A stretch of 64,000 nucleotides of DNA from Candidatus Sumerlaeota bacterium (GCA_030156535.1 JASGMJ010000009.1:5237-69236); one strand, 5' to 3'; positions 1 to 10,241 are shown, counted from the first letter of the stretch. Notes: a model not told the origin generated them from the letters alone. Made by a program: numbers and translations.

Positions 1-2
1 AC

Positions 3-932
3 CATGATGACAGAGGGCAGAGAGTCTTCGGCGCCCTTCCTCTCGGCCTATACTGCAAGTGGGAAGACACGACAGAGTTCTTCTCGCCCCTTGCCAGCTT
101 TCGCGACGCGAAGGACGGCGATTCCTTCCTGAATCTCGGAATGTTTCTCTTCGGTCATATGCGATCGGGGACGTTCTCCAGCTGGTGGGTTCTTGGCAGC
201 ATCCTCGGCACGGCGGCAGACACGGAGAAGGGGCGGGAATGGCACGTCTTTCCGCTCTTCTATCACTCGACCTTCCCCGCGAACAAGACGCGCTGGCGTT
301 CGCTGCTCGGGTTGTTGGCATGGAGTGAGACGGACAAGCGCACCGAGCAGGAGGTCGCGGACGGGTTGGCATCGAGGATGCAGGAGTATCAGCAGACGCT
401 CATGGCTTCGCGGGATGCGCAGGAGACGACGGGAACACTCGCCACGGCATTGCCGGCCCCCGTGTCTCCACGTACCATGTCGATGAGTGAAGACCTCGTC
501 AAACAACGCTATCTTCTTGGCCTTGGAGGGGTGAGCGACAAGTTGGAGTTGAGTGGGAAACTTGATGCCGAGGGCGAACTCACGGAGACAGACACCCACC
601 GTACCAAGAGCTCCTGGCTCTTCCCCGTGTGGTACCAGCGTGACATTGTCGGAGGCCGTCATCGTGCCTGTGTTCTCGGCCGACTCTACGATGAAGTCTC
701 GGAGCCGCACGTCGATGGTGGAACCTACCACCGCCAGCGGGTTCTTTGGCGCGTATACCATCGCGAGCGCCTGGAAGACCACACCAGCATCGACGTGTTC
801 CCCTTCCTCGCGTTCGACACCGCCCCCGATTTGCGCAAGTATTCCTTTGCGGGTGGCTTGGCCGAATACAGCAGGAAGGACGGCAAGCGCCGCATCAAAC
901 TGTTGTGGATTCCGATCGGACTGGGGGACTAG
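3..932 (+). CDS. Hypothetical repeat-containing protein, 5' partial. The frame is open from the window edge and shows recurring W-x-x-F/Y-P-hydrophobic motifs.
   Basis: The frame of ORF 141..932 has no stop back to nt 3. Repeated motifs WHVFPLFYHSTF / WLFPVWYQRD / VLWRVYHRER / IDVFPFLAFDT occur, and the upstream in-frame translation (YCKWEDTTEFFSPLASF) continues the repeat. Confidence 0.5.
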   Translation, partial: HDDRGQRVFGALPLGLYCKWEDTTEFFSPLASFRDAKDGDSFLNLGMFLFGHMRSGTFSSWWVLGSILGTAADTEKGREWHVFPLFYHSTFPANKTRWRSLLGLLAWSETDKRTEQEVADGLASRMQEYQQTLMASRDAQETTGTLATALPAPVSPRTMSMSEDLVKQRYLLGLGGVSDKLELSGKLDAEGELTETDTHRTKSSWLFPVWYQRDIVGGRHRACVLGRLYDEVSEPHVDGGTYHRQRVLWRVYHRERLEDHTSIDVFPFLAFDTAPDLRKYSFAGGLAEYSRKDGKRRIKLLWIPIGLGD

Positions 933-989
933 GTGCGCCCGCAACGCTGGAAAGCAAATGCGTCGGGGAGCGGCTTCGGTTTGCTTCCG

Positions 990-2408
990 CTATTCCACGA
1001 TCCAGCTCTCTGCCGTTTTCTCTGCGGCCAGCACGCCGATTCCCGTCCCCAGGATGTTCTCTCCGCGGCTGGCATCCCACGTGCCCTGATTCGCCATACG
1101 CACGGAATACTCAGGGCGGTCGCGCAGGGAGACGGCGTTGTCCGGCAGCCACAGAACCCATCGCGCTCCCTGGGCGGCATCCACTTCACGTGGCAACGTG
1201 AACAAGCCGTCGAGCACGATCTCGCCGTCCTCTGCCAGCCAACGCCTCGGGTCCGCGTCCTCCATCGGCCACTCGGCAAGCACCTCCGTCCCCAATATCA
1301 GCCGCAGCACCACGGGCCGCGGCTGGTACATCGGTGCGAAGCCCACGTTGCGCACCGTTACGGAAGCCGCGAAGGTTTCGCCACCCCGCACTTCATCCGG
1401 CAACTGCGCCCGTACCAACTCGAACCGGTAGCCCAGCCGCCGCTCGATTTCCGCATAGCACCCGCCCGTCTGCCATTCCGCGATCACGTCGGGGTGGTAG
1501 ACGCGGTTGAGGTACGTCGCGTGAAAGCGCGCCAGTTCGGCCAAGGCATTCGGGCACGTGGTGTACTCCGAGGGCGCACAGGTTTCCCCGCCCATCGGCA
1601 CAAAGCGCGTGTCGGCCGCGAGGAACGCCTTTTGTTCTTCCACGCTTGATGACTCGTAGGTCCCCTGATCCGTTGAGGAGGAAAGAAAGCAGTCGTTGTG
1701 GTGGCCGATCCGCGCGACGGGCGCGCTCGTGAACGCCGTTTCCGCCGTCACCTGCTCACCGGGAAAGAGCGCCTCGTTTCCGAATGCGGGATCCTTGAAC
1801 CACGGACGCCGCACCTGCACGAAGGCATTCGAGGGAAGGAATGCCAGCAGCGCCGAAATCACCGCACGCCGGTTCTCCACCGTCGGCAGATTGTAGCGCA
1901 CTTCGACGCCTTCGGGTCCAAAGTTCGTGGTGCTGTGCCACTCGCCCCATGCACCGATCACGCCCGCCTGCACGAAGGCGATCACGTCGCTGTTGCGCGC
2001 CAGCATCGGCTGCAACTGCAACAGGTGCGCCTGCAGGCGCGAGAAGGACACGTCGTCCTCGTAGCCGTCATTGTAGACGATTCGGACAACCGCCTTCACG
2101 CCCGCATCCCGCACGCGCTCCAGTCCGGATTCCAGATTGTCCAGATGAAGCGGCGAAATCGACGTCGTGCGGAACGCCGAAAGATCCACCCGCGTGTAGA
2201 CCAGCGTCACCCCCTGCGAGCGCATTGCCGCGTAGTTCGTCGTCAGGTCGCTGAGCGAGCCATTGTCGGCGCCGACGAGATAGAAACCGCGCTCGGGATT
2301 CAGGATCGCCGCCGTGGTGGGGGAGTACGTGTAGTCTTGAATTTCGGCTTGGCCTGCCATGGGGAGAACGACCGCCAGAAGGAGAATGATGGTGCGGGCA
2401 AGCGGCAT
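990..2408 (-). CDS. Secreted DUF4832/DUF4874-like (glycoside-hydrolase-like) protein. The true start is the internal Met of the listed 828-aa ORF.
   Basis: Signal peptide MPLARTIILLLAVVLPMAGQA follows a CAT (ATG) at 2406-2408. The upstream part of the long ORF is antisense to a clear epimerase gene. The protein body looks like a TIM-barrel (WGEWH, HNDCF). Confidence 0.6.
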   Translation of the reverse strand: MPLARTIILLLAVVLPMAGQAEIQDYTYSPTTAAILNPERGFYLVGADNGSLSDLTTNYAAMRSQGVTLVYTRVDLSAFRTTSISPLHLDNLESGLERVRDAGVKAVVRIVYNDGYEDDVSFSRLQAHLLQLQPMLARNSDVIAFVQAGVIGAWGEWHSTTNFGPEGVEVRYNLPTVENRRAVISALLAFLPSNAFVQVRRPWFKDPAFGNEALFPGEQVTAETAFTSAPVARIGHHNDCFLSSSTDQGTYESSSVEEQKAFLAADTRFVPMGGETCAPSEYTTCPNALAELARFHATYLNRVYHPDVIAEWQTGGCYAEIERRLGYRFELVRAQLPDEVRGGETFAASVTVRNVGFAPMYQPRPVVLRLILGTEVLAEWPMEDADPRRWLAEDGEIVLDGLFTLPREVDAAQGARWVLWLPDNAVSLRDRPEYSVRMANQGTWDASRGENILGTGIGVLAAEKTAESWIVE

Positions 2409-2555
2409 CGTTGAGTTTATCCCGTCGTTTTGGTACAGCATTAAATAAAATAATGAATCTGGGGCAACCGAATTGTCGATTCTTCTCTGGCGCCCCGGCC
2501 GCCACCCCGGCACGAAAGCTCCGAATTCCTTTCCTTTTCCCCGGAGCTTTCCTCC
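2409..2555. promoter_or_regulatory. Divergent intergenic region containing an AT-rich stretch (ttaaataaaataatgaatc) in an otherwise GC-rich context.
   Basis: The divergent starts of the 990..2408(-) and 2556..3479(+) genes flank it, and it is locally AT-rich. Confidence 0.3.
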
Positions 2556-3479
2556 ATGTCCACACCCACCAGCGTTCTCATCACCGGCGGCGCAGGCTTC
2601 ATCGGCAGTCATCTTGCCCGCGCCTGGGTGGCGCGCGGCGCGCGCGTCGTTGTGCTTGATTCCCTGCGCACCGGGCACCGCGCGAATCTGGCCGGTGTTG
2701 ACTGCCAGTTTGTCGAGGGGTCCGTCGAAGACGCCGCCCTCGTTCGCCGCTGCGCCGAAGGCATCGACGTGATCCACCATCTGGCCGCGCTGGTCTCCGT
2801 GCCCGAGTCGATGGAAAAGCCCGCGCTCACAGAAGCCATCAACGTTCTTGGTACCCTGAACGTTCTCGAAGCCGCCCGTGCCGCCCGTGTCGGCAAGGTC
2901 GTCTTCTCCTCCACGTCGGCCGTTTACGGCATGATCGACCGCCCCATGCATGCCGAGACAGATCTTCCCGCGCCCGCCAGTCCCTACGCCATTACGAAGC
3001 TCGCGGGCGAGCACTACATGCACCTGTATGCCGAGGCGTTCGGCGTTCCCACAATCTGCTTCCGCTACTTCAACGTCTACGGCCCGCGCCAGGATCCCAA
3101 ATCGCCCTACGCCGCCGCCGTCGCGATCTTCGCCGATCTTGCGCGCGCCGGCAAGCCACTGCGCGTGTACGACGACGGCGAGCAGACGCGCGACTTCGTC
3201 CATGTCAACGACGTCGTCGCCGCGAACCTTCTCGGTGCCGAAACGGGGAGCGGCGTCTTCAACGTCGCCTGCGGCACGCGCATCACCGTCAACGATCTCG
3301 CACGAAAGATCATTGCCACGGCGGGCTCTTCCTCCCAGATTGAATACGCTCCGCCGCGCCCGGGCGACATCCGCCATTCCCGGGGCGATTCCACCAAGCT
3401 GCGCGCGCTGGGATGGCAGCCCGCCGTGACGCTTGACGAGGGGTTGCAGCTTACGTTGAACGAGGGAGGCCCCCAATGA
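2556..3479 (+). CDS. NAD-dependent epimerase/dehydratase (SDR; UDP-sugar 4-epimerase-like)
   Basis: N-terminal Rossmann motif LITGGAGFIGSHL and the SAVYG...YAITK catalytic YxxxK motif. Confidence 0.85.
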   Translation: MSTPTSVLITGGAGFIGSHLARAWVARGARVVVLDSLRTGHRANLAGVDCQFVEGSVEDAALVRRCAEGIDVIHHLAALVSVPESMEKPALTEAINVLGTLNVLEAARAARVGKVVFSSTSAVYGMIDRPMHAETDLPAPASPYAITKLAGEHYMHLYAEAFGVPTICFRYFNVYGPRQDPKSPYAAAVAIFADLARAGKPLRVYDDGEQTRDFVHVNDVVAANLLGAETGSGVFNVACGTRITVNDLARKIIATAGSSSQIEYAPPRPGDIRHSRGDSTKLRALGWQPAVTLDEGLQLTLNEGGPQ

Positions 3480-4462
3480 TCGAGGATCGGGAAATCGTTC
3501 AGCTCGAGGCGACGGGCGAACGGGTCAAGCTCCTGGTCCGCCGCGGCGGCAACGCCGGCGAGGCCAACCGCCTGCGCTCCTTTCTCGGGCACAAGGGCTC
3601 GCCCTACACCGAGCACGTGAACGACTTCCTCAAGAACGGCAGCCGTGGCCTGTACGAAGGCCTCGAATGGCGCTTCTACCTCGCCGAGATCGATGGCGTC
3701 TACGCTGCGAACATCTGCACCTGGGAGTACAAGGGCGTCGGCCTGCTCGGGCACGTCTTCACGCATCCCGTCCATCGCCGCAAAGGCCTCGCGCGCCTTC
3801 TCATGGATTTCCTCCACGACGATTTCGAGCAGCGCGGCGGGCACACCATGCAGCTCAACACCCGGCCGGATTCCTACCAGCAGAACTTCTACGCCAGCCT
3901 CGGATACGAACGTCTCGCCGCCGCGCCCGGCTCCATGTTCCGGCTTTTTGGCGAGGACCACACCGAGCCCGACAGCGACGTCGCCCCGGTTGTCTTTGAG
4001 TGGCGCCACTGGCCCACGCTGCACCAGTCGCTGCTGATGGAAGGGCGCCCTTTCGTGCGCTCCGTCGGCATGGGGATTTACGGACCGGGATCCGCCGAGG
4101 GGCGGCTGCTCGACGTCTTCTATCGCGGTGGAATCTCGCGGCACCGCGAATCGCTTTGCGTGCTGGAGGCCGCCGCCTCGCGCGTCGTCGGTTGTGCCAG
4201 CATCCTCCCCGATCGCCTCTGGGGGGGGAAGGGGACGCACAAAGTTCTCGACGTCTATGTCGAGTCCTTTCACCGCCGGTGCACGGGCGACCTGGTGGCC
4301 ACAGTCCTCGAGAAGGCCACAGGTCCACTCCTCTGGTACCGCGAGGTGGAGGAGGACGAGACCGTGAATCCCGCGGCCTTCGGGTTCGAGCCCGCGGGCT
4401 ACCTGCCGGAGTCCGGCGACGGCCGGGACATTGAAATCTGGCAGTTGGCCGCCGGGAAATAA
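3476..4462 (+). CDS. GNAT-family N-acetyltransferase (possibly tandem GNAT)
   Basis: Acetyl-CoA pocket motif HVFTHPVHRRKGLARLLM. It is coupled to the epimerase by an ATGA overlap. Confidence 0.55.
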   Translation: MIEDREIVQLEATGERVKLLVRRGGNAGEANRLRSFLGHKGSPYTEHVNDFLKNGSRGLYEGLEWRFYLAEIDGVYAANICTWEYKGVGLLGHVFTHPVHRRKGLARLLMDFLHDDFEQRGGHTMQLNTRPDSYQQNFYASLGYERLAAAPGSMFRLFGEDHTEPDSDVAPVVFEWRHWPTLHQSLLMEGRPFVRSVGMGIYGPGSAEGRLLDVFYRGGISRHRESLCVLEAAASRVVGCASILPDRLWGGKGTHKVLDVYVESFHRRCTGDLVATVLEKATGPLLWYREVEEDETVNPAAFGFEPAGYLPESGDGRDIEIWQLAAGK

Positions 4463-4567
4463 CACTATTTTATCTGCTTAAATTTAATGCCAAACTAAAT
4501 CCTTGCGCCCCTGCCCTCTCCCGTGCCAGCGAGAGGCATCCTTCATCTTCGCAACCGGGTTGATCCC

Positions 4568-5845
4568 ATGTCTCGCCATCCTCTCTTGCTTCTCCTTTTC
4601 GTGCTTCTTCTCTCCGCCTGCGGGGAGAGCACTTCCACGTCGGAAACCACGTTGCGCTACTCGCGCTGGGGCCTTCCTGAGGAAATCGAAGCCGAGCGCG
4701 AACTGCTCAAGCAATTCGAGGCCGCCAATCCCGGCATTCGCGTCATCGTCGAATACAGCTCGTGGTCCGAGTACTGGAACAAGCTGCAAGCGCAGATGGC
4801 GGCCGGCTCCGCGCCCGACGTTTTCCTGATGGGCGGAACCTATGTGCATGACTACGCGGAGCGCGGCCAGCTCGAGAATCTCAACGCTCTTGCCGCTGCC
4901 GATGAGTCCTTCTCGCTCGACGATTATTTCGCCCGCACCAACGAAGTCTACACGTTCGACGATGGCCTTTGGGCACTGCCGCGCGACTGCAACACACTGG
5001 CCGTCTACTACAACAAGGCGATCTTCGACGAGGCGGGTGTTCCATATCCCGAAGAGGGCTGGACGTGGGACGACCTTGTTGAGAAAGCCCGCGCCACCAC
5101 CATCGACCGCGACAACGACGGCCGCAACGAGACGTGGGGGTTCCTCGCCAGCTTCGAGTCCCTGGAAGTCAACTGGGGCACGTGGGTCTGGCAGAACGGC
5201 GGAGCGATTCTGAACGACGACCGCACGAAGTGCCTGCTCGACCAGCCCGAAGCGGTCGAGGCGCTGCGGTTCTACACCGGGCTCGTGCTCGACGAGAAGG
5301 TCTCCCCGGACACGGCGGAGGCGTCACGCTTCGGCAGCAACATGTTCCTCACGGGCACGCTCGCGATGTCCATGGAGGGCTCCTGGCGTCTGCGCGCCGC
5401 TTCGCGCATCGAGGACTTCGAGTGGGGCATCGCGCCCCTTCCGCGTCACAAGCAGGCCGTTGCTCCTGTCAATGGACTCGGGAATTCCATCTACGCCAAG
5501 TCGAAGAACAAGGAAGCCGCCTGGCGTCTCGTCCGTTTTCTCGCGAGCGAAACGTACCAGGCCAATCTCGCCAAGTCCGGCACCTCGATTCCCGCGCTGA
5601 AGAGTGTTGCCGAGTCCGACGTCTATCTCGATGGAAACCCGCCGGGAAAGGAACTCTTCCTCCGCCAGATCGACTCGGGCCGTACGCTTCCGTTCACCAC
5701 GGGTTTTGCAAAGTGGGAAGACGCGATTCGCGGCCAGCTTGAACTCGTCTGGCTTGGCCGCAAGGACATCGACACAGCCCTGCGCGACGCCACTGTTCAG
5801 GTGGACGCGATCCTCGCCGGCAATGCGGCGGGGGAGAAGCAGTGA
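4568..5845 (+). CDS. Carbohydrate ABC transporter substrate-binding lipoprotein (family 1 SBP). An alternative upstream start exists at 4523.
   Basis: Lipobox LLLSAC-G after a hydrophobic h-region. Sugar-SBP-like body (TLAVYYNKAIFDEAG, WGIAPLP). Confidence 0.8.
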   Translation: MSRHPLLLLLFVLLLSACGESTSTSETTLRYSRWGLPEEIEAERELLKQFEAANPGIRVIVEYSSWSEYWNKLQAQMAAGSAPDVFLMGGTYVHDYAERGQLENLNALAAADESFSLDDYFARTNEVYTFDDGLWALPRDCNTLAVYYNKAIFDEAGVPYPEEGWTWDDLVEKARATTIDRDNDGRNETWGFLASFESLEVNWGTWVWQNGGAILNDDRTKCLLDQPEAVEALRFYTGLVLDEKVSPDTAEASRFGSNMFLTGTLAMSMEGSWRLRAASRIEDFEWGIAPLPRHKQAVAPVNGLGNSIYAKSKNKEAAWRLVRFLASETYQANLAKSGTSIPALKSVAESDVYLDGNPPGKELFLRQIDSGRTLPFTTGFAKWEDAIRGQLELVWLGRKDIDTALRDATVQVDAILAGNAAGEKQ

Positions 5846-6807
5846 CGGAGGGCCCCGTGCCAGCGCATCAGGCCGTTGCTCCACAGCCCGTTCCCGGGCG
5901 CCGCCGTGGTTCCCTGGCGCGCACCGAGCGTTTCTGGGGGCTCCTGCTCAGTTCCCCCTACATTCTTGGCCTGCTGTTCTTCGCCGCCGGTCCCATCCTG
6001 TTCTCCTGGATCATCGGGTTCTTTGAATGGGACAGCCTGACGCCGCCGCGCTTCGTTGCCCTGGCGAACTGGCAACGCCTCTTCACCGATCCGCTCTTTC
6101 ACAAGGCGCTCTTCAACACGCTCTATTTCGTCCTCGGCAGCGTCCCCCCCGGCGTCTTGCTCTCGCTGCTGCTGGCGATGGCGGTGAACCGCGGCATCAA
6201 GGGCATCACGATCTTCCGCACGATTTACTTCACCCCCGTTGTCACGTCCGTTGTGGCCGTTGCCCTTGTGTGGACGTGGATCTACGACACGAACGTCGGC
6301 ATCCTGAATCTGCTGATCGAGCGCACGTTCAAGCTCTTTGGCGCGCGTCCGCCCGAGCCCATCGCCTGGCTCAACGATCCCCGTTTCGCCATGCCCGCCA
6401 TCATCGCCATGAGCATCTGGAAGGGGCTCGGCTACAACATGGTGATCTTCCTGGCGGCACTGCAGGACGTTCCCACCCAGCTCTACGAAGCCGCCGAGCT
6501 CGATGGCGCCGGGCGCCTTGGCAAGTTCCGGCACGTCACGCTTCCCATGATTTCTCCTGTCACGTTCTTCGTTCTCGCGGTTTCCCTGATCGGCGCGTTC
6601 CAGGTCTTCGACCAGATTTACATCATGGCGAAGGATGGCCGCCCCGCCAACTCCACGCTGACGATTGTCTACCACCTGTACAACCACGCGTTCCGGTATC
6701 TGGAAATGGGCTATGCGAGCACCATTGGCGCGGCGCTGTTCCTGATGATCTTCGCGGTCACGCTCTTCCAGCTCTGGGCGCAGAAACGGTGGGTACACTA
6801 CCAATGA
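5842..6807 (+). CDS. Carbohydrate ABC transporter permease (MalF/UgpA-like)
   Basis: Multi-TM protein with the EAA-like loop EAAELDGAG.. and an ATGA overlap with the SBP gene. Confidence 0.85.
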   Translation: MTEGPVPAHQAVAPQPVPGRRRGSLARTERFWGLLLSSPYILGLLFFAAGPILFSWIIGFFEWDSLTPPRFVALANWQRLFTDPLFHKALFNTLYFVLGSVPPGVLLSLLLAMAVNRGIKGITIFRTIYFTPVVTSVVAVALVWTWIYDTNVGILNLLIERTFKLFGARPPEPIAWLNDPRFAMPAIIAMSIWKGLGYNMVIFLAALQDVPTQLYEAAELDGAGRLGKFRHVTLPMISPVTFFVLAVSLIGAFQVFDQIYIMAKDGRPANSTLTIVYHLYNHAFRYLEMGYASTIGAALFLMIFAVTLFQLWAQKRWVHYQ

Positions 6808-7649
6808 GCACCAGGCGCCTTTCTCCCCGTGCGGTTTCCGCGGCGGCGTTGCAGTACCTGCTGCTCGGCCTGCTGGCGTTCCTCATGGTCTTCCCCTTTC
6901 TGTGGATGGCGAGCACCTCGCTCAAGTCTTTCGGCGAGGCCTTCGCCTATCCGCCCACGCTGCTCCCGCGCGCCTGGCGCTGGAGCAACTACGGCGAAAT
7001 CTTCAACGCCATGCCGATGACGCGCTTCCTTCTCAACAGCTGCAAGATCACCGGCCTCACCGTGCTCGGTATGCTGCTCTCCTGCTCCATGGCCGCCTTT
7101 GCACTGGCGCGTCTTGAATTTCCCGGCAAGCGACTGCTGTTCGCCAGCACCCTCGCCACGCTCATGGTTCCGTACCAGGTCACGCTGATCCCCGTCTTCA
7201 TTCTGTTCCAGTATCTCGGCTGGAAGGACACGCACTACCCGCTGTGGGTTCCGGCGTTCTTCGGCGGCGCGTTTGGCGTTTTCCTTCTCCGCCAGTTTTT
7301 CATCGGCGTCCCCAAGGACCTCTATGAAGCCGCGCTCGTGGACGGCAGCACCCCCGGCGGCATCCTCTTCCGGATTTATCTCCCTCTCGCCAAGCCCGCC
7401 CTGACCACGCTCGGCGTCTTCACGTTCATGGCTTCCTGGAATGACCTGTTGAATCCGCTCATCTACATCGACACGCTGGAGAAAATGCCGCTGACGGCCG
7501 GGCTGAGTTTCCTCCAGACCCAGTATGGCAGCGACTGGCCCCTGATGATGGCGGGCGCCATGATCTCCATCCTCCCGATCCTCGCGATCTTCTTCGTGGC
7601 CCAGCGCGCCTTCATTCAAGGCATTGCCACCGCCGGGCTGAAAGGTTGA
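6804..7649 (+). CDS. Carbohydrate ABC transporter permease (MalG/UgpE-like)
   Basis: MSTRRLSPRAV..FPFLWM... and the EAA loop YEAALVDGSTP. It starts at the internal ATG 6804 of the long 6027 ORF and overlaps the previous stop by 4 nt. Confidence 0.85.
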   Translation: MSTRRLSPRAVSAAALQYLLLGLLAFLMVFPFLWMASTSLKSFGEAFAYPPTLLPRAWRWSNYGEIFNAMPMTRFLLNSCKITGLTVLGMLLSCSMAAFALARLEFPGKRLLFASTLATLMVPYQVTLIPVFILFQYLGWKDTHYPLWVPAFFGGAFGVFLLRQFFIGVPKDLYEAALVDGSTPGGILFRIYLPLAKPALTTLGVFTFMASWNDLLNPLIYIDTLEKMPLTAGLSFLQTQYGSDWPLMMAGAMISILPILAIFFVAQRAFIQGIATAGLKG

Positions 7650-7736
7650 GACAGAACAAGCGGGTTTGCCGCATTGTTTTCCGGGATCGTGAATCAATCC
7701 GGCTGACAACCGTGCCCCGCCCGTAGGAAAACAAAA

Positions 7737-9017
7737 GTGCGACACCCCTCCAGACGACCAGCCACTGAACCTTTGGAAACGGACCCCATGACTCCCGCAG
7801 CGAAAATTCCCACCCGCCCCGATCTCGTTGTCGTTCCCAACAGTTCCACGCCCGCCGATCGATCCATCGAGAAGCGCCGCCTGCGCAAGCACTCCGTCCT
7901 CAACGTCGTCCGCGCCCACGGCCCGGTCTCCCGCGCCGGGATTTCCAAAATTTCGAACTTCAACCTCCCCAGCGTCTCCGCTCTCGTCGATGAACTCGTG
8001 GAAGAGGGCCTCGTGCTCGAAGAGGAGGCCCAGCGCGTTCCCCGCGGCCGGCGCCCCATCCCCGTCCACTTGAACGAGAGCGCCGCATCGATCCTCGGCA
8101 TCGACATCGGCAAGAGTTCCACGATCGGGCTTCTTCTCAACCTCGGGGGCACGCTCATCACCCGCGTCGAGAAAAGAACCCCGTCGCTCTCCACGCCCAA
8201 GGCACACGAGGAATGGGTTGCGAAGATCGCCGCTCAGGTCTTTGCCGAGACTGGCGACAAGACTCCCCCCCTCGCCGGCATTGGCATCGGTCTTCCGGGG
8301 CTCATCGGCAAGTCCAGTTCAGGCACGGAAACCCACAACATTGCCACGCATCTGGCCACTTCCCTCGAAGCCATTTACGGCGTGTGCACCATTGTGGAAA
8401 ACGACGCGCGCATGATGGCGCTCGGTTGCATGCTCTTCGGCCAGGGGAAAGCTCTCTCCAGCTTCGCTGTCCTCAACATCGGCTTCGGTCTCGGCATGGG
8501 CCTCGTGCTCGACGGACGCCTCTTCCAGGGCACCCAGGGGTTCGGTGGCGAGATTGGGCACATCCCTCTCGGCGAGTCCGGCGTCCCCTGCTATTGCGGC
8601 AAGAGCGGCTGCCTGGAGAACATCGTTTCCGGTTCCGGCCTCGTTCGCCTGGCCAAGGCCAAGGGCCTTGCCGTCAGCGACGCCGCCGAAGTGGCCGAAC
8701 TTGCCCGCAAGGGCGACCGCAAGGCACTCGCGATCTTCCGCACTTTCTCCGAACACCTCGGCCGCACTGCCGCCGTCGTGATGAACCTCTACGATCCCGA
8801 GGCCGTCATCCTCAGTGGCCGCGTTTGCCGGGCAGGCGACCTGTTCATCGATGGGGCTCGCGCCGAACTCGAACGCCACGTCCTCGCTCCGATTGCCCGG
8901 CACAGCGAACTTCTCGTCAGCACCCTCGACGTCGACCTGGGTCCGATTGGTGCCGCCGCCGCTGTTCTCCACCGCATCTTTTTCTCCAGTCACGTCAGCA
9001 TCGACGAGGTTATCTGA
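7737..9017 (+). CDS. ROK-family transcriptional regulator / sugar kinase-like (NagC/XylR type)
   Basis: N-terminal wHTH (VLNVVRAHGPVSRAGISK), the ROK glycine-rich motifs LGIDIGKSS and GIGIGLPG, and a CxCGxxGC zinc motif (PCYCGKSGCLE). Confidence 0.8.
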   Translation: MRHPSRRPATEPLETDPMTPAAKIPTRPDLVVVPNSSTPADRSIEKRRLRKHSVLNVVRAHGPVSRAGISKISNFNLPSVSALVDELVEEGLVLEEEAQRVPRGRRPIPVHLNESAASILGIDIGKSSTIGLLLNLGGTLITRVEKRTPSLSTPKAHEEWVAKIAAQVFAETGDKTPPLAGIGIGLPGLIGKSSSGTETHNIATHLATSLEAIYGVCTIVENDARMMALGCMLFGQGKALSSFAVLNIGFGLGMGLVLDGRLFQGTQGFGGEIGHIPLGESGVPCYCGKSGCLENIVSGSGLVRLAKAKGLAVSDAAEVAELARKGDRKALAIFRTFSEHLGRTAAVVMNLYDPEAVILSGRVCRAGDLFIDGARAELERHVLAPIARHSELLVSTLDVDLGPIGAAAAVLHRIFFSSHVSIDEVI

Positions 9018-9143
9018 CCCGTTGCGGCCCCGGGCCGCGCCGGGGCGCCGATTTCGCCGTTGACAATCCCCCGGCCAGCCCCCCACACTCCGTTTATTAC
9101 AGGACTAAATTTAATACAAAAGCAACGAACCGGACAACGCCTC

Positions 9144-10241
9144 ATGCATCGCCTCGCCATTATCGGATTCGGAGACATGGGCAGCGCCCACGCTGCCGGC
9201 TTCAACGCCCTCCCCTCCTGCGAGATCGTCGCCACCGTCGAGCCTGACGCCGCACGCCTCGCCTATCGCGACGTCCCCTGGAAGAACGGCGCCCCTCCGA
9301 ACTTTGCCGACACGGCCTCCATGCTCCGCGCCATCAAGCCGGATGCCTGCGTCGTCGCCGTTCCCGACCTCCAGCACCGCGCGGTCTCCGAACTCGTTCT
9401 CGATGCCGGGTGCGACTTGTTCCTCGAAAAGCCCATCACCACCACGCTGCCCGACGCCGACGCCATTATCGCTCGTGCGCGCGAACGCGGGCGGCTTCTC
9501 CAGATCGGTCTCGTCTACCGCTACTCGAATCTTTACCGCCGCATGGCCGAGCGCGCCGCCGAGCCGGGCCATCCCGTCCGCCTCATGTGGTGCAAGGAGT
9601 TGCGCCAGTGTTTTCCCCAGCGCCCCTGGTTCTACTCGCAGCATGCAACAGGTGGCACGCTGGTGGAGAAGGACTGCCATCACTTCGATCTCTTCAACTG
9701 GATGATTGCCAGCCGCCCCGTCCGCGTCTTCGCAACGGGTGGCCAGCACGTGTGGAAGTCCGGCGCCGTCATTGACTGCAATTACTGCCCCGACGAACCC
9801 CGCGCCATCGAGGAGATCGACACCATCGATCACGCGCTCGTCACGATTGACTACGAGAACGGCGCGCGTGCCTGCCTGATCCTGTGCATGTACCTGCGTC
9901 CGGAGAACGTGATGCCCGAGGGGCTCGAAGTCGGCGCCATCGCCCTGAGTGGCAGGCAGATGATCGCGTATCGCGACGAGCGCCTTGGCGTTGGCGGCGT
10001 TGGCGATCCGCTGGCCTTCGAGCGGCTCGACATGTGGGCCGACAACCAGGGCTTCGGGCATATCGGCTGTCAGCAGCAGCGCATCGAGTTCCTCGAATGC
10101 CTGGAACAGCGCCGCGAGCCGTTTGCCAACGGCGAGGTCGGCCGCGATTCCCTTCTCGTCGCTCTCGCCGCCGAACGCTCCATCCGCGAAGAACGTCCCA
10201 TCGACCTCAAGGAGTTTGCCGCATGTCCGACCTGCGCATAA
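9144..10241 (+). CDS. Gfo/Idh/MocA-family NAD(P)-dependent oxidoreductase
   Basis: N-terminal Rossmann LAIIGFGDMGSAHA and an EKP motif (LFLEKPITTT). Confidence 0.8.
   Translation: MHRLAIIGFGDMGSAHAAGFNALPSCEIVATVEPDAARLAYRDVPWKNGAPPNFADTASMLRAIKPDACVVAVPDLQHRAVSELVLDAGCDLFLEKPITTTLPDADAIIARARERGRLLQIGLVYRYSNLYRRMAERAAEPGHPVRLMWCKELRQCFPQRPWFYSQHATGGTLVEKDCHHFDLFNWMIASRPVRVFATGGQHVWKSGAVIDCNYCPDEPRAIEEIDTIDHALVTIDYENGARACLILCMYLRPENVMPEGLEVGAIALSGRQMIAYRDERLGVGGVGDPLAFERLDMWADNQGFGHIGCQQQRIEFLECLEQRREPFANGEVGRDSLLVALAAERSIREERPIDLKEFAACPTCA

Noticed and set aside
2409-3476. N-terminal 356 residues of the listed 828-aa minus-strand ORF (990..3476)
   Set aside because: It is antisense to a clear NAD-epimerase gene with Rossmann and YxxxK motifs. 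The real gene starts at the internal Met (2406-2408) with a signal peptide. Long antisense ORFs are expected at 65% GC.
6798-8207. 469-aa minus-strand ORF
   Set aside because: It is antisense to the ABC permease and ROK regulator genes and has a low-complexity R/G/E-rich composition typical of spurious high-GC ORFs.
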